In this document: positions 1 through 13,215 of the stretch, piece by piece
Position numbering within the stretch: position 1 is the stretch's first letter
Layout of the letters: every line of letters starts with the position of its first letter
Origin: Stegostoma tigrinum
Lineage: Eukaryota
Assembly (NCBI RefSeq): GCF_030684315.1
Contig: NC_081385.1
Coordinates: 6,188,341-6,252,340, forward strand
DNA: 64,000 bases
Direction of reading: 5' to 3'
Notes under the pieces: model-generated
Seen by the model: only the letters and a program-made list of their open reading frames with translations
Told to the model about the DNA's origin: nothing
Databases searched by the model: none
Position numbers and translations under genes: made by a program

Positions 1-69
1 TACTATCCAGCAGTCCTTACTTAACAGTGACTATTCACTGAAGACTCACTCAAATCCTGTCGTCACAAC

Positions 70-1092
70 AGTTTTGGTCCAAATGTGGACTAAAGAGCTA
101 AACTCAAGAGAGGATGTATGCCCTTGACATCAAGGTGAAACTGGAGTCAGTGGGAATTAGGAGAAAAGCTCTTTGCTGATTGGAGTCTTACTTAGCACAA
201 ATGAAGATGGTTGTGCTTGCTGGTTGTCAATCATCTCAGCCCCAGAACATCACTCAAGGAGTTCTTCAAGACAGTGGCCTAGACCCAACTATCTTCAATT
301 GCTTTGTCTCTTTGCCTTCTCTCCTCTATAAGGATATTCACTGATGTCTGCACAATGTTCAGCACAATTACAATTCCTCACGTCTGAAGTAGTTTATACC
401 TAAATGCAGCAAGACCTGAACAACATCCAGGCTTGAGGTGATGAGTGACAAATAACATTCACACCACACAAGAGCCGGGAAACAAGAGAAAATCCAATCA
501 TTGTCCTTTCATATTTAATGGCTTTACAATCACGTCAAGATCCTGAGGGTTTGCAGTGACCAGAAATTGAATTGAACCAACAATGCAGATCCTGTAACTA
601 TGACAGAATGTCATAGGGTAAGCATTCTACTGCAAATAACTCACCTCCTGTCTTCTCAAAGCCTGTCCACCATCCACAAGAAATGAGTCAAGAGTTTAAT
701 GGAATATTCCCCACTTGCCTGGATGAGTGCACCTCTAACAACAGCAAGATTAATACTAAACAGAGCAAAACAGCTTGCTTGATTGTTCCCCTACTCACAA
801 CCTTCAAAGGTCACTCCCAAAACCACTGACAGAGTGGCAGCCATGAACAACGAGCACAACAAATACATGGAAACACCATCCCCTGCACATTCCCCTCCAA
901 GCCACTCACAACCCTGACTTGGAAATATGATGCTGTTCCTTTACAGTCGCGGGGTCAAAATCCTGGAAGTCCATTGTCGGCCAATGTATATCCTGAGGAC
1001 AGCAGCGTTTTATAAGGTGACGGTGGGGTAATTAGGGATAGGCAATAAATATCTGGCCAACAACACGCACATCCTCTTAATGAATAAATAAA
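70..1092 (+). mobile_element. Decayed non-LTR retrotransposon (CR1/L2 group), RT C-terminus and 3' tail
   Basis: RT-like remnants (GVxQxSxLxPTIFNCF-like near 255-305) and a 3' tail 'aattagggataggcaataaat...atgaataaataaaa' shared with other copies in the window. Confidence 0.65.
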
Positions 1093-1384
1093 AGGAATTA
1101 TTTCTGTCCATCTAAGAGGACCAGTAGAGTTTTGAAATAACTCATTGGGAAGACAAACATAATATGGGTAGAGATAATGACGGAGTAACTTTCATTGAAC
1201 ACAAAGGTTTGTTGAAGGAGTTATGTACTAATTATAGAACGATTCAGAACAGAAACTATCCATTTAGATCATTGAGTCTGTGCCAGGTTTTTGAGAGAGC
1301 TGTCCAATCAGATACACTGTTACAATCCCAACAGAATTCCACTGTCACCAAGAGGAAGAAAACTGCTGGTCGGGAATTCACTTA

Positions 1385-2245
1385 TAGAGTCGTCAAGTTA
1401 TACAGCACCAAAACAGACCTTTCGGTCAATTCATCCATGCCGACCAATTACACAAATTAATCTAGTCCCATTTGCCAGCATTTGGCCCATATCCCTCTAA
1501 ACCCTTCCTATTCATGTGCCCATCCAGATGCCTTTTAAATGTAGTAATTGTACCAGCCCCCACCACTTCGTCTGGCGGCTCGTTCCATACATGCACAACC
1601 CTCTGTGTGAAAAAGTTGCCCCTTACGTCCCTTTTAAATCTTTCCCCTCTCACCTTAAACTGAGGTCCTCGATTTTTGGATGCTCCTACCGAGAAAAGTC
1701 CTTGACTATTCACCCTATCCATGCCCCTCATGATTTTATAAACCTCTATAAGACCATCCCTGAGCCTCTGACACTCCAGGGAAAATAGCCCCAACCCATT
1801 CAGCTTCTCCCTAAAGCTCAAACCCTCCCATCCCAGCAACATCGTAAAGCTTTTCTGAACCCTTTCAAGTTTCACAACATCCTTCCCATTGCAGGGAGAC
1901 CAGAATTGAATACAACATTCCAAAAGTGCCTCAACCAATGTCCTGAACAGCTGCAGCATGACATCCTGCCTCCCATATTCAATGCAATGATTCATAAAGG
2001 CAAGGTTACTAAACACCTCCTTCACTACCCTGTCTACCTGCGACTCCACTTTCAAGGAACTATGAACCAACACCCTAAGGAAAAGTCTAGGCCCGAAACG
2101 TCAGCTTTCCTGCTCCTCTGATGCTACTTGGCCTGCTGTGTTCATCCAGCTCTACACCTTGTTATCTCAGATTCTCCAGCATCTGCAGTTCCTATTATCC
2201 CTAAGGTCTCTTTGTTTGGCAACGCTCCCCAGGGCCCTAACATTA
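1385..2245 (-). mobile_element. CR1/HER1-type LINE 3' fragment
   Basis: ORF 1462-2073 carries LERVQ...LGLFSLE...YKIMRG...FFTQRVV motifs of the CR1 ORF2 C-terminus. Interrupted at 2081-2198. Confidence 0.9.
2081..2198 (+). mobile_element. Short Penelope pseudo-LTR tail insertion starting inside a hammerhead-like motif
   Basis: Matches the terminal ~120 bp of the Penelope element at 26941. TSD ccctaagg at 2073-2080 and 2199-2206; host CR1 resumes afterwards. Confidence 0.85.
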
Positions 2246-2249
2246 TGTG

Positions 2250-2825
2250 TCAGAGCGTTTACTGGAAGAAACTCCTTCTCCTCCATCAAAGATCAATGAA
2301 ACAATTCACCTGGTCCACACCTTCGACCGAGGCATCCCTGTATTCAATGGATTGTCCACAGACATTTTTGTGAGCTGGCCCCACCTTCCCCCACACTTCC
2401 CTTTCAGTATTTTATCCCTTTGGGAACACCCTTCTGTTGCCTCTTGCACCTATTCCCTTCCCTATGGCACCTCTGTGTAAAGTGCAAGTGTAGCAAGCCC
2501 TGTACTTTCGCCTCCCTCCTTCTCACCAGCCGAGGTCTCAAGTATTCCATCCAGATGGAACAGCGATGTACTTGCATTTCACTAAGACTGGGTAACCGCT
2601 TTGTGGAACACCTCCTCTTGGGCCGCATAGATGAGCCCAAACAGCCTGTCGCTGGTCACTTTAATTCTCCTCCTTGTTCCCACTCTGACCCTCCAGTTCT
2701 TGGCCTGTTACGATGTACCAATAAACTCCAACACAGGCTTCAAAAACAGGACCTCATCTTCAACCTCAGCACTTTACAGCCTTCTGGACTTAGCACAGAT
2801 TTCAATAACTTTAGATCATAACCTG
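2250..2825 (+). mobile_element. Old Penelope-like element remnant (GIY-YIG endonuclease C-terminus)
   Basis: ORF 2420-2821 contains RLGNRFVEHL...PVAGHFNS...LIFNLSTLQPSGL, homologous to the Penelope copies at 27-28 kb and 55-56 kb. Confidence 0.75.
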
Positions 2826-2842
2826 CGTCTCCATCTTGTTCT

Positions 2843-3086
2843 TGTAGTGACTGTGACGAGGTCAGCCAGGCATACCTCATAAAATAATGGTTCCCTGACT
2901 GGGATTGTTAACATTGTTAATCCTTCAATCAGGGAGCCCTGGCTGACAAATGTAAACAGGACCGTTAAGAGGTTCTGTTCACTCTGAGAGCTGGCTCTGA
3001 TGGAGCTGGATCAGTGTCAAGGACTCTCCACATGTAAATAAAGCGTGACTAGGTGATAGGGTACCAGCCTCTGTGGAATTATTTCA
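2843..3086 (+). mobile_element. Probable solo LTR
   Basis: TG...CA termini (tgtagt...atttca), internal AATAAA near 3037, flanks gttct and gttgt (4/5 TSD), 244 bp. Confidence 0.55.
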
Positions 3087-4559
3087 GTTGTGTGTGTGTT
3101 TTTTTAATCCTATTGATCTTTCTTTCTAGCTTGCTTCTCCCTTGATCTCTCCATATTGTGCACAGGCCTCTGGAGCATGAACTGACTCCCACAAGTCTCC
3201 AGATCAGAAGCAAGAATCCTCCCCACTGAACCATTGCCAAACACCTATGTGTTAGGCCAAGTCACATCAAAAATTGGAAGGGGCAAGATATTCAGAAAAT
3301 AGTGACAGGAGCCTGAGGCCTGGCTGCTTTTTGGACACGCAATACTCATGCATACACAAAGTTCTGAAGAAGTCATATATTGGACTCAAACATCAATTCT
3401 ATTTCTTTTTCCACACATGCTACCAGCCTTGCTGAGTTTTTCGTTCAGTGTTATTTCTGCTGAGACTGGTTTTATTACTATTTTCTACATTCTCGGTCAG
3501 TTATAACTAGATCTTTCTCACTCGGTTTTTAATGGAATGCGATTTTGTCAAACATTTTGTGTAGTTTCTTTAAATGTCTCTCATTGTTTATTCATCTTTC
3601 AGCTTGTGTACGCAGAATGCGTTCTCTTGTTGTTCAGACCTCATCTGAATGTAATTTAACTGCCTACATCATGGTTGGATCTTTGGTTCTTCAGATATAG
3701 GTGTAAGGTTTTGTTAAGATCATTATGTGAATAATATTGGCCTGGAGTTACATGTTGTCCAAATTGGATGGCAGCCTGGATTCCCTTCCCTGATGGCATT
3801 CCCTGGACGAGGTCTCCTGGCCATTTTTACAATGCCAACCCACAAATCACCAGATCTTTCACAATTTCATCTCGGGAGATTTGGCCTTATACTCCCTCAG
3901 TTATTAGTCACCTACTATAAGAACTAGAGTATCATATGATTTCATACAGCATTGTACAATGCTAATCTCCACGATATGAAGGGATTTATATTTATACATA
4001 AAGAACACCATGCAATGAGAGAAAGGTCATTCACACCATTAAGCTTGTTTCTTTTACGCAGCAAATGCAAATTTCTCTATCTCCAAATCTCACCATTCAG
4101 TGTCTCCCCATTCGTAGAGTCTGGCCCAGTCTCAGAGTCATTCCCTAATCATAGTCTACCCCAGTCAGTCTTCCCTGCAGACCCTTCCCCAGTCACAGCT
4201 TCCTCCAGTCTCAGCTTCCTGAGTCAATTTCCACCACAGAGTTTACCCGAGTCAGTGAATCTTCCTCTGTCACAGAGCCTTCTGATTGCACCCTGCTCCC
4301 AGCTCAAAACATCCTCTAGCATTGACCTTCCTCCTATCTTCCTGCAACCATCTAATGTCCGTCAGAATGTACACATACATTGTTGATTCCGAAAGAAAAA
4401 TGAATACCACCCTGAAATTTGGTCAATCTTAGGGTCACCTTCTTCACTTTTCAGCTCCTCCCACAGTGTTTTATTTAAAACACAATCTCAATGTCACCCT
4501 GTCGCTATTTTCTGAATATCTTGCCCTTTCCAACTTTTGACAGCGACTTGGCCTAACAC

Positions 4560-4975
4560 ATAGATGTTTGGCAGTGGTTCAGTGGCGTGGATTCTTGCCT
4601 CCGATCTGGAGACTTGTGGGAGTCAGTTCATGCTCCAGAGGCCTGACCTAAAACAATCCAAGATAACAGATAATGTAGCGCTGTTGGAGTATTGCTCTGT
4701 CAGAGAAATGACCTGTCAACTGAGAGTCCGTCTGCCTTGCAAAGCATCCTGTGGCAGCATTTCACAGAAGAATAAAGCTCCCAGTGCTCTGGCCAATGCT
4801 TACATTTCAACCACCATCACTGAAAGGGACCATCTGGTTGTTATCATGTTATTGCTTGTGGGAGCTTGCTGTGCACAAATTGGCTGCTGCATTTCACTAT
4901 AATAACAGTAATTCCACTTCAAAAATATTTCACTGGTTGCAAATTTTTTTGGATGTCCTGAATTCACAACAGGTG
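4560..4975 (+). mobile_element. Ancient tRNA-derived SINE with Deu-like central domain
   Basis: tRNA-like head and 'ttgtgggagcttgctgtgcacaaattggctgctgcatttc...cacttcaaaa' typical of DeuSINE/AmnSINE-related elements. Related minus-strand copies at about 14200-14470 and 62580-63050. Confidence 0.6.
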
Positions 4976-5326
4976 CTGTGTATGCGATCAGTTCTGGTCA
5001 CCCTTCTATAGGAAGGATGTTGTTAAATTTGGGAGGGTGCAGAAAAGATTTACAAGGATGTTGCCAGGGTTGGAGCGTTTGATCTACAGGGAGAGGCAGA
5101 ATAGGCTGGGGCTATTTTCCCTGGAGCATCGGAGGCTGAGGGGTGATCTTACAAAGGTTTATAAAATCATGAGGGGCATGGAGGGGGTGAATAGCCAAAC
5201 ATTTTTTTCCAAGTGTCAGGGAGTCCAACACTTGAGGATTAGATTTAGGGCGAGAGGGGAAAGAAATAAAAAGGACCGGAGGGGTAACTTCTTCACACAG
5301 AGGGTAGTGCGTGTATGGAGTGAGCT
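4970..5326 (+). mobile_element. CR1 LINE fragment
   Basis: ORF 5037: QKRFTRMLPGL...LGLFSLEHRRLRGDL...FFTQRVVRVW. Confidence 0.88.
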
Positions 5327-6119
5327 GTTCTTTCTATCAATCATAAGAAAACACCATTATTCAAACGTGTTCCAGAAAATCTACCAACTGAAACTGCTCC
5401 ACTACACACCTTGCTCAGTTAAAGCCGCAATTCAATGCTCCCATCATATCAATTCAGGTCAGAGTTGAATGGGATCCAGCCATAGCTGCACTGATAGTTA
5501 AGGTTTTCTCCTTTGCAGTTGGAATTGTTCAAAAGCATATTTTGAAGGAGTCGATGTCCAAAAAACCCTAATCATTCATATCAAAATAATATCGAACCTT
5601 TGAGCTGCACCACCTCGTCAAACCTGTGCCCAGACAGCGACATGTCTTGCTTTTCCTACCTGGCTTCCTATGCTGGCACTTTCTCTGCATTGCCTCAACA
5701 CGATTTAATATTCTATTAAACACTCTTAAAGGGACATTACCAAGGTTCGATCACTGGATGGATGCACCATTATCAGGAGAGAATAAGTCACACAGACCCC
5801 CAGAGCACCAGATGCAATGCCTGCCTACTCTACACTGTTATTTAATCTCAGCTGGATGCTCAAATTAGCCTCAGTGTCCCAGACTAAATAGGGACAAAAA
5901 CAAAATCTAAAGCAGATCTCTGTTCCTGATCAGTGTCCAGTGACTTCTGCTGAAACAACATTCACATGAACTGTTGGGTGTGACTTCCACCCACCCCAGC
6001 CCTTTCCCCTTCCACTAGCACATCATACAGCCTTACAAAGACGGGGCCATTCAAACCATCATGCTCATTCACAGCGCTATTACCCCCACAACCCAATCCA
6101 GACCTCGACAAATCATTGG

Positions 6120-6635
6120 TCAGACCACATTTGCAGTGGTGTGTTTAGTTCTTATGTAAGGAAGGATGTTAAAGCCCCAGAGAGAGTTCAAAGGAGATTT
6201 ACTAGGAATGAAGGATATAAGGAAAGATTAGAGAAATTGGGATTATTCTCCTTGGAGCAGAGAAGATGAAGGGGTAACTTCATTGAAGTGTTCAAAAGCA
6301 TGACTAATTTTGACATAAAGAAGGACATTGTGTTTCCACAAACTGCTATGTCAGTAACTGGGTGCCACAATTTCAAGATCGCCAGCAAGAAAGCTAACAG
6401 TAAGTTGAGGAGAAACTTCTTTACTCAGAGAGTTGTTAGGATTTTGGAATGCACTGCCTGGGAAAGAGGTGGACATGGATTCCATGCAAGGCTTTAAAAC
6501 AAAGCAGAGTATATATTTAACAATAATGAATTTAGAGGTCTGGAGAGTGGAACTAGCTTGGTAACTCTTTTGGAGCTGGTACAGACACAAAGAGACAAAT
6601 GGTTTGCTTCTCTACTGTAAAATTCTATGATTCTA
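6120..6635 (+). mobile_element. CR1 LINE 3' fragment (decayed)
   Basis: RRNFFTQRVV motif and CR1-type 3' tail. Confidence 0.8.
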
Positions 6636-7529
6636 TCCTTTTCCCACAGGCCCTGCAAATATTTTTTCCCTTCCCAAGCTTCTCTCAATTTTTTTTCTGA
6701 TAGCTAAAATCACTAAAGACTCACTGCTATCACTGGACATGTTTATGCAGAGTTCGGGAAATGGCTCACAGTAGGACCTCTGGCCTTACCTTCATATGGA
6801 TAGCGGAATATCAGAGACATTACCACTGTATTGCAGTTCTGTCCAAGTATTTTATCAGTACGTGCTCACATAACCTTGAAACATTAAATGTCAGGATAGC
6901 AAGTTCACATCCCTATTTTTCTTGCTGATTCTAATGGATTCTAATAGTTTAAGATTCATCGTTAAGTGCAGCAATAACATTCTCCAAACCTCAAGTCTCA
7001 CAAAATTCAAACAGATTAAACTGGAACTTAATACAGCCCTTCTAAGGTAACCAAATGATCTGACACACTACAATAATCAGCCGAAGTTTGACACTGAGCC
7101 ACGAGGAAATGGTTAAAGAGCTGGGCTGTAAGGTGCACCTTGAGGAAAGTTAGATAAATGCAGAAGGTCAGGGATGAGCTTTCAGTGCATCGGATCCATA
7201 CTGCAAAAGTACTACCATCAACTGTGAGGCGATAAAAACTGGGTGCTGCACAGGTCAGATTTGAAGAAGTGGAGAAGTGGACAAGCCATGGCAGGGTTGG
7301 GAATCGTATAACCAACAAATAAGCAGTTTAAGTATTAATCAGACTGAGTTTTCTGAATTTCAAGAAGTGGGCCACTAGGACAAAGGGTAATTCACAACCA
7401 CAGTTCAGATTGAACACTCCTCATCTACTCTAGACCTTCAAGTCTTGGGTATCTGAAAAGCCTGTCATGACAAATTAGTCACGACCCCTCAAAAAATGGT
7501 GTGCTATACAAAGAACCTATTCACAGAAT

Positions 7530-8060
7530 GGTTACACAATGAAAAGAAGCCATTGGGATCCATCTGCGCTGGCCCTCTCAAGGAGCAATTTAATCCTCCC
7601 CTTCTCCCTATATCCCTGCCCATAGGTAAAAATCTAATGCCCTCTTGAAAGTCTCAATTGAAACTGCCTCTATTGCACACTCAGGCCACAAATTCCATAC
7701 TCTAACTACTCATTGTGTAAAAAACATTTCTCCTCAAGTCTCCATTGATCCTGTTACCAATTACCTTAAATCTGAGCCCTTTGGTTCTTGACAATTTCAC
7801 TGATGGGAACAGTTTTTCTCCATCTTCTCTGACTGGAATTGTCATGATTCAGGGTGTCTCTATAAAATCTCCTTTCCTCCTCCTCAGCTCCAAGGAAAAC
7901 AGACCCAACTTCTCCAATAAACCAACAAAGCTGAAGTTCTTCATATCTGAAACCCTTCTTGTGAATCTTTTCTGCACCGTGTCCCATACCTTCACATTCA
8001 TCCTACAGTGTGGCACCCAGAACAGGATGCAATATTTGAGTCGAGGTCCAGCCAATGTTC
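7530..8060 (-). mobile_element. CR1 LINE 3' fragment
   Basis: VQKRFTR...LGLFSLE motifs in ORF 7849-8064. Confidence 0.8.
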
Positions 8061-8477
8061 CCAATTTTCTGCCACTGTCAATGAGTTATGTATATATACA
8101 TCAAGGTATCTCTATTCCTGTAGCCCTTTTAGTAGTATCTCTTTGGTTTATATTGCCTCTCTGCATTTTTCATACTAAAATGAGTTACTTCACACTTTTC
8201 TGTTAAACTTTATCCATCATTTGGTTGTCCTGTTCACCAGCCCATGCCCTTAGCTTGACTTGATCCCACTAATGGGTCATAGCGAGACGATAAGAAACTG
8301 GACATTATGTAAAGTTGTTCCATTTGGCACATTAGCCCTGACACTCTCTTCCATTTTCAAGGCAAATGTCACAAAAAAATAGTTTTTACATCCTTCCTCA
8401 TCATTTGATGGAAAGGGAGTTATATCCAAAATGCCACTAGATGCATGAACAGTAGCTACAAACTGATAAAGAATTAC

Positions 8478-9190
8478 ATAAGAACATAAGAACTAGGAGC
8501 ATGAGTAGGCCATCCGGCCCTTCGAGCCTGCCCTGTCATTTAATAAGTTCATGGTTGATCTTTTTGAGACTCAGCTCCACTTACCCACTGACACACCATA
8601 ACCCTTAATTCCTTTACTGTTCAAAAATCTAACTATCCTTGCCTTAAAAACATTCAGTGAGGAAGCCTCAATTTCTTCATCGTCAAGGAATTCCACAGAT
8701 TCACAATCCTTTGGGTGAAGAAGTTCCTCCTTAACTCAGTCTTAACTCTGCTCCCCCTTATTTTGAGGCTGTGTCCCCTAGTCCTAGTTTCACCTGCTAG
8801 TGGAAATGACCTCCCACCTGCTGTCTTATCTCTTCCCTTCATAATTTTATATGTTTCTACCTCCCTCATTCTTCTAAATTCAAATAAGTTTAGTATCAGT
8901 CTCCCCATTCTCTCCCTGTAGGCCAAACCTCTCAACTCTCATATCAATGGAGTGAACCTCCTCTGCACCCCCTGCAGTGCCAGTATATCCTTTCTCAAAT
9001 AAGGAGACCAAAACTGGACACAGTACTCTCAGTGTGGCCTCACCAGCACCCTATACAAATGCAACGTAACATCCCTGTTTTTTCAACTCCACATCCCTCT
9101 ACCATGAAGGACAATATTCCAACTGCCTTCTTAATTATCTGGTGCACCTGCGAACCAATTTTTTTTGGGGATTCATGCACAAGAACACCC
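8478..9190 (-). mobile_element. CR1 LINE 3' fragment with (ttcttatg)n tail
   Basis: ORF 8654-8935: RTRGHSLKIRG...RRNFFTQRIVNLWNSL; cataagaa tail repeats at 8478. Confidence 0.88.
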
Positions 9191-9980
9191 AGACAATTGA
9201 GGTGTGAACTTCTTAATCTAAATCTTGACAGGAATTTTTAAAAAAATTATCCTCTTATCTGAATGTTTACCCAACTGGATCATGCCGAGGGGTTACAATG
9301 GTCAAAATTCCAGTCTCAATTCTGAAGCCGGGAGTAATGTTTCAATTTGAATCTCGATCTGAGTCACAGTTTTTGGATTTAAGACTCCCAATGGCCCCAG
9401 AAACCCAAAAACAACATCTGTAATGCCAGGAGTATTTGCCCGGTCGCTGTTGGCGATCAGAGCTTAGGGAGATAGGGTCGGAACAGCAGCGTGTGATCAG
9501 GGAAATGCGGATATCGGGTTATTTTCGGAGTTGGTGCAGGACGGCCTCTGAGTCTGGAGGGAGTTACTCAACTCCAAGTAAACATATATTAGCACTTCAC
9601 TCACAGCTCCCAGCGAGCAGCCAGCTCTCAGATCCAATCCCTATCAGCACAGCAGTCATCTGCATTTCAGTTCAATAAAACTTACAACAACATATGCATT
9701 TGTTTGCACCAATCAGTCCAGATCGTCCTTTCGATCAATAACCAGACCAGGGAGCAAACCCACAATCTGTTAGAAATGGGGGAAGCGAGAAAACCACTTA
9801 TATGAAAGGAAAAAAAAACAGCAAGCAATAGAAAGAAAGCCCGCAATATTAATATTTATGCGAAGCCTGTTCTCTGCGGATGGAGAGGAATCAATGAAAT
9901 GCACTCACTGATTAGTAAATCATGTTTTAAAAAGTTCACAGTCACCGCAATTCTGACTAGCTTGAGGTCCCTGTTCTTAC

Positions 9981-10068
9981 CGATTAGAATGGCCGCTAAA
10001 AGTCTACAAGGGGAGGTTCTCCTTGCTTCCACTCCACCGAAGTCCAAGGGCACTTTCTGAGCCCTCAT
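9981..10068 (-). CDS. scn4b: Probable first coding exon of sodium channel beta-4 subunit (N-terminal signal peptide); remainder of gene presumably left of position 1
   Basis: ATG at 10068 gives MRAQKVPLDFGGVEARRTSPCRLLAAILI-G, then a phase-1 donor G|GTAAG at 9980. Same layout as human SCN4B exon 1 (hydrophilic N-terminus, hydrophobic stretch, split Gly codon). Lies in unique CpG-enriched DNA downstream of scn2b on the same strand, as SCN4B does in mammals. Identity rests on synteny and architecture, not strong sequence identity. Confidence 0.65.
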
Positions 10069-10350
10069 TCTAGAAGAGTTCAATCAATACCTGCGGCTGA
10101 GAATCGCGGGATGTTGAGGAACTGAAGGGGCAGGAGGCAGTGGGGGAGCGCTGCTTTGAAAGGTCTGTTGTTAACTACAGAGAGAAAGACAGAGAGACGG
10201 GGTGCGGAAACAACAGTTCTCATTCACTGTGTGGACGTTCAGTGAGGATCTGCGCTTCCCAGGGACTGGGTCTCAGACAGACAGAGAGAGAGAAAGGGGA
10301 GGAACTGCGTCTGTGTTTGGTGTACGGTAACCTCCCACTTGTTCTGTCTC

Positions 10351-10372
10351 CACACACACACACACACACACA
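10351..10372. repeat. (CA)n microsatellite
   Basis: About 11 uninterrupted CA units. Confidence 0.9.
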
Positions 10373-12569
10373 CTCCTACATATACACTGCGTAAACCTGC
10401 TCCTGGAGCCGGGACAGCAGCGAGAAATCCCTTATCATTCCGTTCACTGCAAATTCTGCATTGCAGTCACAAAACTGCTTTCGTCATCACCCAAGAGGGA
10501 CCAAGCAAAACACCAGTCTGCAAAGACACGGCGATTTATTACCGAAATAAACCTTACCATCAATAACTTTGGAAACGTTGATGGTCCCAGACCATTGAAA
10601 ATCGTTCTTCCCCCCCAATTATTTATCAAAGTTTAACAACTTTCTGAACTTGGTCTCCTGACTGTTTAACTTTAAGATTGAAGGTGTTCAGAGAAACTGA
10701 AGGTTTTGCAGGTTGATTTGGAATACTATTGCAGTGATCAATAGGTTTCAGGACACCTTGGGAATGCTCATTCTTGGACCATTCTGACTTTGATGGGATC
10801 ACATTACACCCTCCAGCGACTCCCTGAACTCGCCGCTAAAATAGAAAGCTCTATTAAATGAACAGTTCCGGTAGCTCAGCTTGTCAATTCCGGGAACATG
10901 CCACAAGGTAGGGAGCTGGGATACAGCTGCGCACCTTCCAGCTTCTCTGCTGCCTTGGAAGGAACCAGGTTCCTATTGGGTTCAGATTCCACAGCCTCCA
11001 TTTGGCACACAAGCCCAGTCAGTTTCAATCACTGGTGCTACAGCTTCACCCAATCCCATCCCCATCGTCTGGGCACCAAACTGGCGGTGGGGTGCAGTCA
11101 AAGTAGGCATCTGCACCTACTTTGTCCAATCCCCTTCCTGGCTTCTCGCCTCCCTGTCTCTCCTAACCTCCCCCACAGGATGCCCTCCTATCTGCACTCC
11201 TCCAGTTCTGGCCTCCAGCACATTCCCAATGACAGTCACTCCACAACTGGTGTGGGTACATTCTGTCACCCAGGCCCCAAGGTTTGGCACTCCCTCCCTA
11301 AACCCCTCTGCCTCTGGACATCAATTTTCTCCTTTGAGATACTTCTAAAACCAATATTTTGGTCACCTGCACTCTTTGACTGGCTCAGTCAGATGTACTT
11401 CAACAATGCTTATGTCAAGTATCTTGACACATTTCAGGTTAAAGGTGCTGTGTGCGTATTTGTTGTGATTGTCACTTGACATTCCCTCTTGAAAATTCAG
11501 TCCAAGCTTTGCATCCCAATTGTTAACCTGTTCTTCAGGGTGACTGTGGAACTCATTGCTTCAGGGGGCTCTGGAGCCCAAGTAACTTTAAGACAGAGAT
11601 AGGTAGGCTGTTGATGATGAAGGGAATCAAGGGATATGGGGAGGAAGCAGGAGAATGGGACTGAGAAACATATCAGCCATGATTTAATGACAGACCAACT
11701 CAATGGGCTGAATGGCCTACATCTGCTCCTATATCTTAGGGAAACAAAACCACAGTGTAGAGACTGGGCCCTCCTTCAAATAAACAACTCAGCAGGGGTG
11801 ATGGCCACAACATTAGTCAGAGCGCTGAGCTAGGGGAGCAGTGATGGGTGTCTCATTGAGTTAAACCTCCTTCTGACTGGGTGGGGTGGGATACCAGGTG
11901 AGAGTAAACACCATGAGTGAACCTTTAAAAAATACTCATTTCTATTTTCTTTGGGGAGCAGAGATATCTTTTTGAGAAGACCACCCTTTCTCAGTCACAC
12001 CCTGAGCCTCCTCTCCACTTCCTTCGACCTCCTTCTCAGCTCTACCACTAATTCCCCTGTACTGTCATCTCCAGTCTGCAACCTGCCTCCCCTTCCCAGA
12101 GACATCCCAGCCATTTCCAAGATCAGCCATGATCTTATTGAATCGCACAGCAGTCTTAGCGATAGAATACTACACCACCTCTGTAATACCTGACCTCAAT
12201 ACATCAATCTGATGGCACACTGATGCTGGAGTTAGCAACAACAGCCATTTTATTAAAAATAAAACTTCCCTTGACTTCACAGTGTTATACTTCGTTTTAT
12301 ATTGTTTCTAAGTCATATAAGAAGATATTGGCTCAGATGAGCAAAGACTTGGTCAAGGTGTTTAAAGATGAATTCACCATAGCCCTGTTCTGTCATTAGA
12401 GAGTGCTGACTGGTGATGGTTTAACTGAAGGACCCTCTTACCTCAGGCAAAAAGTTGAGGAGGGAAGTCCTTCAACCTCAGCTGCTGCAGGATCTGAATC
12501 CACATGATTGGCATTGCAAAATAGCCAACTTAATACCTAACTTGGGCTCAGTTAGCTCAGTTGGCTATT

Positions 12570-13215
12570 TTGCAATGCCAATCATGTGGGTTGTTAAGAA
12601 GGAATATGGCATGTTGCCTTTCTTTGGCAGGGAGATTAAATTTAAGAGCCTCGAGATTATGCTGCAGCTCTATAAAATGCTGGTTAGACCGCACTTGGAA
12701 AATTGTGTTCAGTTCTGGTTGCCTCATCATAGGCAGGATGAGGAAGCTTTAGAGAGGGTGCAGAGGAGATTTACCAGGATGCTGCCAGAAGGGCAGGTCT
12801 CATGAGGAAAGATGAGGGAGCTAGGGCTTTTCTCATTGGAACGAAGAAGAATGAGATGTGACTTGATAGAGGTGTACAAGATGATGAGAAGCATAGATAG
12901 TGTAGAGACTTTTCCCCAGGGTGGAATTGACTATCATGAAGAGGCATAATTTTAAGGTGATTGGAGGAAGGTATAGGGGAGATGTCAAAAGTAGGTTCTT
13001 TACACAGAGTGGTGGGTGCATGGACTGCGCTGCCAGTGTTGATGGTGGAGTCAGATACATTAGGGAGATTTAAGCCAATTTTGGAGAGGGACATGGAGGA
13101 TAGTAAAATGTAGGGCTTGCAGGTAGTTTGATCTTAGAGTAGGATAATAGGTCAGCACAACATCAAGGGCTGAAGGGCCTGTACTGTGCTGCACTGTTCT
13201 ACATTCTATGTTCTA
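12570..13215 (+). mobile_element. CR1 LINE 3' fragment
   Basis: LYKMLVRPHLENCVQFW...LERVQRRFTRMLP; ttctatg tail. Confidence 0.88.

Larger units (their letters stand above)
9280..10560 (-). promoter_or_regulatory. CpG-enriched unique region, probable scn4b promoter and 5' UTR
   Basis: Visibly more CpG than the CpG-depleted surroundings, free of recognisable repeats, surrounds the candidate first exon, and includes a GA-rich tract and a (CA)n run. Confidence 0.55.

Noticed and set aside
3952-4386. 144-aa Ser/Pro-rich ORF
   Set aside because: Product of low-complexity ccccagtc-type sequence; no splice or homology support.
1-9980. Search for scn4b exon 2 (LEVSVGK...CTFSSC-like)
   Set aside because: No match recognised by eye; it probably lies left of the window. 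tBLASTn is needed to settle this.
10881-11479. 155-aa and 193-aa plus-strand ORFs near the scn4b promoter
   Set aside because: No recognisable domain; the 3' half overlaps a decayed L2-like repeat tail also seen near 18640-18960 and 43330-43710.
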